Shown: piece after piece, positions 1-11,654 of the stretch
Layout: each line of letters begins with the position of its first letter
How positions within the stretch are numbered: the stretch's first letter is position 1
Assembly: GCA_023213395.1 (NCBI GenBank)
Contig: CM041465.1
Span: 69,695,741-69,759,740 of the forward strand
DNA from: Cycas panzhihuaensis
Lineage: Eukaryota; Plantae; Cycadophyta
Direction: 5' to 3'
DNA length: 64,000 nt
Made by a program: the position numbers and the translations under genes
The notes under the pieces: model-generated
What the model was told of the DNA's origin: nothing
The model's database searches: none
What the model saw: the letters and a program-made list of their open reading frames with translations, nothing else

Positions 1-868
1 TAGAGGGTTGAACGAAAAATTGAGATCTATGATGCATGTACATCCCCTAAAGTCATTTAAAAATGGTCAAGAGTTGGCATTGGATTTTGACGCCGAAATG
101 GATGCTCAAGCCAGAGGACATGATCCCCTTGCAAGATGAGATAAGAGAAATGAAACAAAATCAACATAATCGACCCCTCTCCAAATGGGAATATTAGAAG
201 AGGAATCAGAAATTGAAGCTTCAAGGAAAGAAGCAATAAGACTTAGGATGAAAAATAAGAAAGAGGAAGAAGAAGCCAAGAAGAAGAAAGATCAGGAATT
301 CAAAATTGAAAAATGTTGTCACATATGCGAAGAAAGCTCGCATATAACCAAGGAATGTGAGATAAACCCAAAAAATAGCGCAATGCATCAAAGGGATAAA
401 TGGTGCCATATATGCGATATGGATAATCACAACACAAGGGAGTGTTTTTATAACCCCAGAGGGAGAGCTTATAGAGGACGTGGTCGAGGGAGAGGGAGCA
501 ACCTATGCCGGAACGTATATACAACAACGAGCACACCAGAGACCTTGAAGAAAAAGCAACCAATGAGGAGATGCTTGATTTATTTACAATTTGGTAATTG
601 GAAGTCGGATTGCCCAACCAAACAAGACTATGAGCATAAACCATTCGTGTGCAACAATTGTGGTCCAAGCAACCATAAGACTAAAGAATGCAAAGGAAAA
701 GCCAAAGCAACTAATTTAATGACTATCATCCCCAAAAACAACAAAAATGTGAAACTTCAAAATAAACAGAAAGGGAAAGAGTTAGTAAGCAGAGAATATC
801 CAAGCCCTAAAGTGGAAATTGATCAATTTAAGCAAGCAAAACAAGTGTTGGAGAAACTAGCCCAATAA
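1..868 (+). pseudogene. gag: G1 gag C-terminal part with four CCHC-type zinc knuckles
   Basis: ORF 185-868 contains CHICEESSHITKEC, CHICDMDNHNTREC, a degenerate CLIYLQFGNWKSDC, CNNCGPSNHKTKEC and an RG-rich linker. Confidence 0.85.
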
Positions 869-1159
869 ATAACCGAAACAATGTTACCAATGGGCAAACC
901 ATAAACAAAATATGGCTATGTTAGAAAAAATAAACCCAAAGAGAAAAAACCAGAGGAGAGAAAATGCAACCTTAGTTGGTTTAAATGGAGGAATTGTTCA
1001 AAGGGTTACCAATGGAGGATATCCCTCAAATGTTGTTGTTGATGGAAAATCTAGTAAAGCAATTACAATTAACAATTGGCCTATATCAAGTGATAGATTG
1101 GATTAAGGTAGGAATACTACAACAATGAGAAATCACAAAAAGTCTAAAATAGATAACGC

Positions 1160-1550
1160 CATCATTTGATCTGGATCCTATGGTCGCAATCAAAGTCTTG
1201 GGGGAAAATTTTTCAAAAGTGATTGTGGACTAGGGAGCAACAGTAAATGTGTTGCCCAGCACAACATGGTGGAAATTGGGAAGTCCCAAGTTGGAGGCTA
1301 TGACCTACTCACTAAAGTTAGCAAATGAACTATTAGTGAGACCGGTCGGAAAGCTAGCAAATATAAAGGTGAATGTGGCAGGAATCACAATCTGAATCGA
1401 TTTTACTATTCTGGAAATAGAGAAAGGAGCAATACCCTATCCAACATTGTCGGGTCACCCATGGTTGTACAAAACTCAATGTCTCTAGAGTTGGAGAGAT
1501 GTGACCTTCACATTATTAGATGGAGGAAGTAAAGTAGTCCTCCCAATGTT
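1160..1550 (+). pseudogene. G1 aspartic protease
   Basis: VIVD*GATVNVLP...YPTLSGHPWL, homologous to G2 AIVDGSSGINVLP...LLGRPWL. Confidence 0.8.
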
Positions 1551-2259
1551 AGGGAAAAACTCGATTGAGGCAATACCAAATGATGCCTCAAGTACAACAA
1601 TCGCAAGCAAGGAAACTGCATCCTCTTTTGATGAAAGCAACTTATACCATACAACTGAAGAACCGACCAAGCTAATTAATCCTCAAGAGATGGAACCAAC
1701 TTACTTCAAGGAAATTTACAACTCTTCTGGCGACTAGAACCGGACAAAGTTTGTGGATTACTGGCTACAAGACACGTATGAAGTCAACCCTTCATCTTAT
1801 AGGTGTAATTTACTTTCTAGGGATGTAACTGATGATATTAATATTAATTCTAAATCTTTTGATTATATGGGTACTAATGATAACATAGAAAGTAGTGTAA
1901 AAAATGATGATAATATAACTCAAACCCTAGACCTAAACCCCAATACCCCTAACATAGACCCCTACCTTAGTTTACTTTCCATTAACCCATATTCCCTAAC
2001 CCTAACCCTTCCTCTACCTTTGGCGTGGGTCTTAAGGTAGATTGCCCTTCCCCATCCATGTCTCAGCTCGAGGGACGGGATAACAATCCTTCCTCATCTT
2101 CTTTAGAGGTACACCCACCCAACAATAGGTCCTTTTCAACTATTAGCGTCGAATTAGAGAAAGTAGAAAAGGAACCAGTGGAAAGTATCCCTAAAGACTC
2201 AGGTCTAGGAAACAAGATTACCATTCCTAAGGAGAGAAATCATGAAACATACATTAGAG

Positions 2260-2705
2260 ATTATGTAAAACCTTTTTATGAAGACCAATTATACGGAACT
2301 ACCCACCTGATACATTGTATAGAATATTGGTTGGAAGAGGGAATCCTAAATAAAATTCAATAGGAATCAAATATGGTGTTAACATTACGAGGAACTCCGT
2401 GGTATAGTACTTAGCCCACCAAATCACCTTCAAAAATTGGAAGGAATTACAAACCACTTTTAGAATTCGATTCGATTCTCCCAAACAATCAAACATCCCA
2501 TTGTTTTATGTAGGAGCTTGCCCAAGTAAACATATTCAGAGATGCAAACAAGAGTGGATATTTCTAAGCCTACCTAGGAACACTTGGAGTAATCTTTTCT
2601 ACCATACCCTAGGCCAAGTGGCAAAAAATTGGATCATGGGAAAAGAATAAAACTTGGACATGACATGGAGCAACCTTAAGAAGTCATTCATAAAAACATT
2701 TTCCC
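2260..2705 (+). pseudogene. Two tandem capsid(Retrotrans_gag)-like domains between PR and RT in G1
   Basis: Repeat 1 reads TLRG..V*YLAHQITFKNWKELQTTFRIRF. Repeat 2 reads PSKHIQRCKQEW...WSNLFYHTLGQVAKNW...TWSNLKKSFIKTFS. Confidence 0.6.
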
Positions 2706-2952
2706 ATACGTCAAACAATAGGAAAATTGACAAAATACTCAAAACAATTAGAAAACCAAGTATAAAATTAGAACAAAAAACAATATCATCAGTACATAGA
2801 AAAGAAAGTGAGGAATCAGAGGATGAAGAAGAAGAAGACCACAACTATCCCACAGAATTTATAGAAATCAACTATGGTCAAAGAAAAATTGAAGACACCC
2901 ATGCCCATCATGTGGATGAAAAAAGGGCCATTGAAATGACAAAAATAAAAAC

Positions 2953-3127
2953 TGTTACAATGTAATGTTTTATCTTCTGTCATAGACTAATTATTCAAGT
3001 ATGTAACTGAAAGACATGTGTCATTTAGATGTATTTCAGTTACAAATCCTAATTGTATTTATTCACTTTAGCTCTCAATGATAACAATCAAGCATTCTTC
3101 ATCTATCTTCTGTCTAGTATTCTGACA
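2953..3127 (+). repeat. C1 5' LTR (175 bp)
   Basis: Direct repeat of 7946-8131, followed by a tRNA-iMet PBS. Confidence 0.95.
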
Positions 3128-3868
3128 TGGTATCAAAGCAAGTTATTCTGCTTGATTAAGAGAGGGTCTCTACAAAATCAAGTGAGAGAGACAAGGGCAA
3201 TCTTAGACAAGCTGTGAAGGAGAAAGACAAGGTCTTCAAACTAAGCTAAAGCAAATAAAGAGACAGACATCTAGAGAAATAAAAGGAGGAGGCAAGAAGA
3301 CCAAGCAAAGCAGAATCAAAGCATTAAGCAAGTACCGAGGCGACTGTATGGAACTGTACGGCCGTATAGACTTGAAAAAGTCAAGTCCTCAGATTTCAAC
3401 GAAACTCACCTATTGTAGATCTCGACGTCCTCTTCACCTTGTTCTTCTATCACGAAGTGATTCGAGCTCATTTTGAGGGGGTTTTAACCCATTTACCAGT
3501 CGCGTGGGTCTACAAGGTTTTTTTGAAGATTTTTCTCAGATCTGAACAGATCTTCGGGTAATCTCGGACCAAAACTCTTTGTTTGGAGTACACAAATCTT
3601 TTGAATGCTTTTGTGAAGAGATTTCTCAAAGATTTGCAAAGAATTTTTCATATTTGTGAGAAACCCTAACCGCCCATCTAGAGATTTCGGGCCAGATTTC
3701 TCTTAAAATAGAAGTTGCCTCATAAGAATAATTACAAATCTCTGATCTACTCTTCAAGATCTAACTTTTGACATAGGTCTCATGCTCATCCGTACAATTC
3801 AGGTACCGTATGGAAACCCATACCGTTGTACGGCCTAGGGCTCCCAGAACACTCTTCTGTCCTCAGAA

Positions 3869-6800
3869 ATGGCTTCCTCTATCCTAGCTCTATCTAATAA
3901 TGACAAGCTTACTAATACTAACTATCACATTTGAAAAATTAAGATAGAGGCCCTCCTCGGAGCTAAAAATAACTGGAGAATTGCTACAGGAGCCGAAATC
4001 AAACCAAAGGATGCAGGGCTTGAGCAAACCAGTTGGGAAGATCAGGATAGTACAGGGGTTATAATTTTAAAATTATATATTTTAGATTCACTTCTTATCT
4101 ATGTTGAAAACCTGTACTCCTCTGAAAGCATTTGGAAGTGTCTGGAAAACTTGTATGGACAAAAGAACAAGGCCAGGATAATAGCCTTGAAAGAAGAACT
4201 GTTCAAACTTCATATGAAGGAGTCTGAAACAGTTACTAATTTCTTGTATAAGATAGTTTCACTAAGGAATAACCTCTCGAATGTGGGTGCTCCGCTCACT
4301 GATCAAGAGTTGGTGGAACTTGTGGTCAATATATTACCTAAATCGTTCGATGTAACGATAAACACCATCACTAATACTAATCAAATAGCAACAATGACAA
4401 TGGATACTCTAACAGGATTGTTGCTAAGATAGGAGCAGAGGAATAGGAGATATGAGGATGCAGGTGAACTGGAAGATGCCTTTGCCTCTAGATTGAACTT
4501 GGGTTTCAGAGGATGCAGTAAAGGAAGAGGAAGAACTCCTGAAGGTCGTGCTTCATCACGAAGTCGTTGGCAAGATGCAAGAGGGCAAGGTCGCAGCATT
4601 ACTCCAAGGATTTGCTATAGTTGCGGTAAGACTGGTCATTTTGCTAGTTCCTGTAAACCATTTGATGTGTGTTATCACTGTGGCCAATAAGGACATTTTC
4701 CATACCAATGCAAGAAGGCAGATATCCAAAGAGGGAAATGGCCCATGGGTAACTACAACAAGGAACAATATGGTGATGATAATGATGAAGAAGAGGAAAC
4801 AGCTTTCATTGTCGCCCTAGCAGCAAGCCTTCAAGACAAAGATGTACGGTACATCGACTCATGAGCCTCTCGCCATATGACCAGTCGAGAAGAATGGTAC
4901 GAAACTCTGCAGCCATATACTTCTGACAAATCCATGGAATTAGGAGACAAATACTCCCTTGAGATCAAAGGAGATGGAACCATTGCCATTCAAATAAAAG
5001 ACAAGGTCGAGAAAATTAGAAATGTACTTTTTGTACCTGGTTTAAAAATGAACCTTTTGTCTGTCTCCCAACTCAAGAAAAAGGGGTTGAGCATTGTATT
5101 TCATGAAAAAGGATTTTGTTATATCCTAGACATGAAAAATAATGGCCATGTAATTACAAAGGGGCTTGAAAGCAATGACTTGTATAGGCTGCTATCACAC
5201 CCAATTGTGCCTGATGTAAAAGCTTGTACTACAGTAAATCATAATAATAAGATGTAGCATTTGAAGTATGGTCATCTCCCCATGGAAAAATTAAAAAACA
5301 TGGAGAGAAATGGTCTAGTAGTTGGTCTACCTTCAATCTCATCAAGTAACTTTGTATGTAAAAGCTATCAATATGGCAAACAACATATGCTGCCATTCCA
5401 TGAAAGCAAATGGAAAGCACAAAAAAAAATAGAATTAGTTCATACTAATTTGTGTGGCCCATTCACCCCACATTCCATCAACGCATGTAGATACTTCCTC
5501 ACTTTCATAGATGACCTAACTAGAAAAATCTGGATTTATTTCTTGCATACTAAATCAGAAGTCTTTGATGTGTTCAAAGAGTTCAAGGCCAAGGTTGAAT
5601 TGGAGGCCTATTCCAAAATAAAATGCTTAAGATCCGATGGAGGAGGCAAATACATTTCCAAAGAGTTTTTGGAATACTGCAAATTCAAAGGGATACGGAG
5701 ACAGTTCACAACTCCATACACACCCCAATCAAATGGTGTAGTAGAGAGAAAAAACAAAGTTATCATGGAGATGTCAGACAGCATGTTGATTGGCAAAAAC
5801 ATTCCAAAAACATATTGGGCTGAAGCAGTTAGTACAGCCTGCTACTTATTGAATAGGAGCCCAACCAAAGTAGTAGACCATCTTACTCCAGAGGAAGTCT
5901 GGACAAGAAGGAAATCGAACATAAGTCACCTCAAGGTATTTGGCAACCAAGCCTTTGTCCACATACTAGACAAGAAAAGGAAAAAGCTAGAGTCAAAAAA
6001 TCCGGAATGCATTATGGTAGGATACAACAAAAACTCCAAAGCCTACAAGTGCGTAAATCCCAAAACAAACAAAGTGTATGTAAGCAGGGATGTTGTCTTT
6101 AATGAAGAAGACAAGGAAGAAAGTATAAACCAAATTCCAATGATAGAGAAAACACTTTAGATAGCCTTTCCTAATACTCCTTCGAAAGAAGAATCGGGTA
6201 TAACTACAAAAAAAATCTCAGAATAATCAGTTTTAGACTCTACTCCTCAAGAAGAAGAAGTGTCTCCAGAAGAATCAAGGACTGAAGAAGGCAAAAAGGA
6301 AAAGAGGGTTCCTAAATGGTACCTCAAAACTATAGAGGAAGGAAAAAGTGAAATCCTTCCCCATAGAACAAGAAGCCAAAAGCCAAAAGCCCTGTTCAGT
6401 CAGGCTGAACCAGAATCATTCACTAAAGCAAAGGAACATTCTAAATGGAAGAAATTCATGGACATTGAGCTAGAGTCCATAATCAAAAATCAGATGTGAG
6501 AACTGGTTGAGCTGCCTTCTAACAAATCAGTTGTAAATTGCAAATGGGTCTACAAAATCAAAAGGGGGCTCGAAGGGAAAATAGAAAAATACAAAGTCAG
6601 GCTAGTTGCAAAAGGTTACACCCAAACAACAGGTGTAGATTATGAAGAAACATTCTCACCAATGGCCAAACTGAACACAACAAGAACAGTTTTAGCTCTG
6701 GCAGCACATAAAAACTAGAATATATACCAATTAGATGTAAAAAGTGCATTCTTAAATGGTGATTTAGAAGAGGAAGTTTTCATGTCTCAACCTAGGGGAT

Positions 6801-7938
6801 ATGTCAAAGAAGGGAAAAAGCACCTTGTCTACAAGTTGAAAAAGGCACTATATGGACTGAAATAGGCTCCTTGTGCATGGTATGCAAAACTTGATAATCA
6901 TCTTTGTAGTAATGGCTTTCAAAGGAGCAACGCAGACTTAAGTCTATATATAAAAAATAGGAATGGTGCAATCACCATAATGGTGGTATATGTTGATCAA
7001 ATGATTCTCACTGGTGATGATGAAGAATCAATATTAGACATAAAGAGTCAATTGGAAGGCAAATTTGAAATGACTGACCTGGGGCTCCTTAACTACTATT
7101 TAGGAATCCAAGTTGATCAACAAAATGATTCAATTTCTCTCTTCCAGAGCAAATACATTAAAGACTTGCTAGCCAAATTCCATATGGAAGAATGCAATCC
7201 TTGCTCTACACCCATAGAAGTGAACTACAACTTGATTCCAGATGAAAAAGAACCATGTGTGAATGCAACCCTGTACAGGCAACTCATTGGTAGCCTCATC
7301 TACCTCATAGCAACAAGACCAGACATCTCATATGCTGTAGGTCTAATTTCAAGATATATGCATGACCCAAGAACGAAACACTGGAACGCTGCAAAAAGGG
7401 CCTTGAGGTATCTAAAAGGCACAACAGAGTTCAAACTGGTATTTCCAAAAGGAAAATCTCTTCAGTTAACAGGGTTTTGTGATTCAGACTGGGCAAGTGA
7501 CAATGAACAAAGGAAGTCAACCAGCAAACATTGCTCCTTTCTAAGATCTTCCCCAATATCTTGGAGTAGCAAAAAACAAGCCACTATAACATTATCATCC
7601 ATAGAAGTTGAGTACAAATCAGCTTTCAGTGCAACCACTAAAGCAGTATGGCTCAGCCAACTTTTGAATGACTTGATGGAGCCTCAAAAGGAAGGAACCA
7701 TACTTCACTGTGACAATCAGAGTACCATCAAACTCACCAAGAATCCTATACTTCACGCCCAAATCAAACATGTAGAGGTTCAACATCACTTTATTAGAGA
7801 AAAGGTCCAAAACAAATAAGTGGATCTTGTCTATTGTCCTACAGATAAATAGGTGGCTGACATATTAACCAAGCCACTTGGAAAAGACAAATTCCAAATA
7901 CTCATGGATAAACTAGGTTTAATAGGATAAAACATTAA
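3869..7938 (+). pseudogene. C1 gag-PR-INT-RT-RH polyprotein with stops
   Basis: DKLTNTNYHI gag start, two zinc knuckles, WYIDS protease, INT (LRSDGGG, PQSNGVVERKN), RT (VVYVDQM), RH (FCDSDWA, CDNQS). Confidence 0.95.
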
Positions 7939-7945
7939 GAGAGGG

Positions 7946-8131
7946 TGTTAGAATGTAATGTTATATCTTATGTCATAGACTAAATATTCAAGTATGCAAC
8001 CAACAGACACGTGTCATTTAGATGTATTTTGGTTATAAGTCGGTTACAAACCCTAATTGTATTTATTCACTTGAACTCTCAATGATAATAATCAAGCATT
8101 CTTCATCTATCTTTTGTCTAGCATTCTGACA
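7946..8131 (+). repeat. C1 3' LTR (186 bp)
   Basis: Matches the 5' LTR plus an ~11-bp local duplication (GGTTATAAGTC). Confidence 0.95.
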
Positions 8132-8136
8132 AAAAC

Positions 8137-10914
8137 AATCGAAATCGACGTAGGAAGCAAAGAAGATCCAAAAAACATACGAATAGGGAATTACTCGGAT
8201 GACCAAACCGTGGCACAAGCCTAGCAGTTATTTGAGGAATTTTGCAATGTTTTTGCATGGTCTTATAAGAATCTTAAAGGCATTCCTCCATAAATTGGAA
8301 TGCATCATATTGACCTCATCAAAGGAGTTACACCAGTAAAGCAAAAACCTTATCGTATGAACCCGAAATACAAAGAGAAAGTGAAAGCAGAATTGGACAA
8401 AGTGTTGGAAGCAGGGAACATTTACAAAATTGACTACAACGATTGGGTGAGTCCAGTGATGGTAGTCCCGAAAAAGAATGGGAAAATATGAGTCTGTATG
8501 GAATATAGACAACTTAACAAAGTAATAAAGAAGGATTCCTTTCCAGTGCCATTCATGGAAGATGTTTTGGAAGCAGTAGGAAGGAATGAGATGTATTCCT
8601 TCAAAGATGGATTCAGTGGATATAATTAGGTCTAGATTGCCTCGAAAAATCAAGCAAAGACGACCTTTGTTATGGAATGGGGAACATATGCATAGAAGGT
8701 AATGCCCTTTGGCCTTACCAATGACCCAACCACATTCCAAAGAATCATTATAAATATTTTTCGCAAAATGATTGGAGAAAAAGTGGCAGTTTTTCTAGAT
8801 GATTGGACATTGTATAGACTCATGAAAAATCATATGGTTAATCTAAGGGAAATGTTACAGATGTGTCGAGAAAATAAACTATGTTTAAATCCAAAGAAAT
8901 GTATATTTTTGGTACCTTTTGGAAATCTATTAGGGCATATAATGAGCCGCAAAGGATTACTAACCCATCGGGCTAAGATGTCAACAATTCTACACTTTCC
9001 AGTACCAATTACAAGAAAGCAATTAAGGGATTCCTGGGATTGATAGGGTATTACAGGAAATCTATCAGAAGGTATGCATGTATATCGGGACCTTTGGAAG
9101 AACTATTGAAAAAAGACGAGGATTGGGAATGGAGTATTGAGCAACAACACACTTTTGAATCATTCAAAAAAACCATCATATCTGCACCAATATTAAGATT
9201 TCCGGATTAGAAAAAAATCTTCCATGTGCATGTTGACGCATCGCAATTTGCCATTGGATGTGTATTAGTGCAACCAAGCAACGATAAGGTGGATCACCCT
9301 ATTTATTTTGCGAGTCAAAAGTTGACAAAGGCCGAATAGAACTATACCACGACAGAAAAGGAAGTGCTCAGAATGGTGTTTGCATTAAAAAAATTCCAAC
9401 ATTACTTGCTATCGAATCCATTCCTATTTTTTGTGGACCACCAAGCTCTTATGTATGTAGTGAACAAGCCCATAATGAAAGGACGAATTAGCAGATGGCT
9501 TATGTTATTTCAAGAGTTTTCATTCAAAATAATGGTGAAACCTGGGAGAGCTCATGTGATACTGGATCAATTATCAAGGATTACCAACAGAGAAAAAGCC
9601 ACAAGAGTGCCTGATGACTTTCTAGATGCAGCCCTATTTAGCGTAGAGGCAGTCCCAATAGAATGGTACGATAAAATACCAAAATATCTGGTGACAGGTG
9701 AACTACTACCTAGGCTGGATAGAATGGAACAACAAAACTCCGTACACAAGGTAGAATCGTATCAATTAATTAAAGGGGAATTATATAAGTTGGGCCTTGA
9801 TGAAGTGTTACATCGATGCGTGAAACCACATGAAATTAATCAAATCATGGTCCAACCACACAAGGGAGTAGTCGGAGGTCATCTGGGAAAGATGGCAACA
9901 TGGAGGAAAGTGTTAACATCTGGTTTTTGGTGTCCACCAATGTTCAAGGATGTGAGGAAATGGATACAAAAATGTGACTATTGCCAAAGGGTAAGAAAAC
10001 CTAATCGATAGGATTTCCAACCCCTCCACCCTATTCTACCCTTGGCACCATTTGAAAAATGGGGACTTGACTTCGTCAGACCAATCAAACCAGCTGCCCG
10101 ACGATCCCAAACCCGCTTTATCTCAGTGGCAACAGACTACATGACTAAGTGGGTGGAAGCACGAGTACTCAGAAGAACCGATTCGGAAAGCACAACCTGA
10201 TTTCTATATGAAGTAATCATAACATGGTTTGGATGTCCATTAGAGATCATAAGTGACCAATGAGTTCACTTCTTAAATCAAACTATAGAAATATTGACAT
10301 CGACTTTCATGATCAATCATCAGAAATCTACACCCTATTATCCAAGAGCCAACGGACAAGTAGATAGTTCCAATAAAATCATCAAAAACTGTTTGTAGAA
10401 AATTTGTGACGTGGGGAGATCGGATTGGACTGAAAAGTTACCATTGGTATTATGGGCCTTCAAGACGACCTACAAGAGATCGACAGGACAAACATCATTT
10501 CAACTCATGTACGAGATTGAAGCCATTCTTCCGACCGAAATTGAAATCCCAAGTTTAAGGGTGGCCATGCAATGTCAACTAGATAACTTACATTACCTAT
10601 GGAAAAGGTTGGAAGAACTAATACGATTGGAGGAGACAAGACACATGGCGAAATGGTTACAAGGCATAGAAAAGAGATGACAAAAGGCATGGCACGATCA
10701 TCATTTATGAATGCCACAATCTAAAGAAGGTGATTAAGACTTGCTATATGACACCAAGTTCAAAACACACCCCGGAAGATTGAAGATGCGTTGGTTGGGA
10801 CAATACATTGCCGAAAAGATATTTGAAAATGGTTTAGTACAACTCCATGAGATTGATGGACCTTTGTTACCAACTCGGGTAAATAGCAGTTGACTGAAAT
10901 CCTATATCAACTAG
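8137..10914 (+). pseudogene. pol: G1 RT-RNase H-integrase
   Basis: KQKPYRMNPKYK, MPFGLTN, VFLDD, VHVDAS, VDHQAL, GGHLG, WGLDF, PRANGQ, RVN. Confidence 0.93.
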
Positions 10915-11099
10915 GGTATGTCAGCCTACCAAAAGAATCAGTTGATTGTACCATAACATGTTGCTTGAAGTTGAAGGCAAATCAAGTTGCATATACCGAA
11001 ACGTGATTCAATTCAATGTGTAAAAAAAAATTAAAAAATAGAAAAAACAACTATAACTCATATCATACAAATAAACAATATGGTAAAGCATGACGGAAA

Positions 11100-11646
11100 T
11101 GTGAAAAGAGGCTAGATGGCCTCAACAATCCCAAGATCTAGAAACTAGGATCACTCTAGTTCTAGTTGCAGAAATACAAACAAGTATAATAATCTCAAGG
11201 TAAAGAGAAAGCAAAGAGACAAAACATGAATGAAGGAGCAAGAGAAAATGATACCCAATATGTGGAGTTGGAATTGGTCCAACCTCCAAAGAATGAACAG
11301 TTTGATTAGCAAGCGGACATAACAATCTGACTCAACTCTCTTGTGAGATAATGAGGAGAGGTCTCATTATATAGAGTGAAATGAGAGACCTAAGGCCTTG
11401 GATATTTGACAAGTGTCAAACATCCAAGATACATGCTGCATGTAGGACATGTGTCCTTTTGGGCTCTCATGTGAGCAAAAATGCATAAGGGTCCATTTGA
11501 CCCTTTAGTGACAACGTTGTGTCACTAGAAAGAATGTGGGTGTGCACTTTATCACTTAAGTGATAAGTCACCCCTAAAGTAAAAAGTACACATATTACAT
11601 TAAAATAAAAGTACATTATCTTAACATGTAAACATAAGGTTTAACA
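11100..11646 (-). repeat. C2 3' LTR
   Basis: Repeat of 17913-18463, adjacent to the PPT. Confidence 0.95.
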
Positions 11647-11654
11647 CCCCCCCT

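Larger units (their letters stand above)
2953..8131 (+). mobile_element. Ty1/Copia element C1, full length, degenerate
   Basis: LTRs 2953-3127 and 7946-8131 (TG..CA), PBS TGGTATCAAAGC 3128-3139, PPT AAGAGAGGG 7937-7945, TSD AAAAC at 2948-2952 and 8132-8136. Confidence 0.97.

Noticed and set aside
1921-2012. Telomere-like AAACCCTA/TAACCC motifs
   Set aside because: Irregular and degenerate; part of a low-complexity N/P-rich linker in G1 pol.
11122-11325. Hydrophobic ORF repeated at 17935-18168 (env-like?)
   Set aside because: It lies inside the LTR, is short and reflects the pyrimidine-rich strand.
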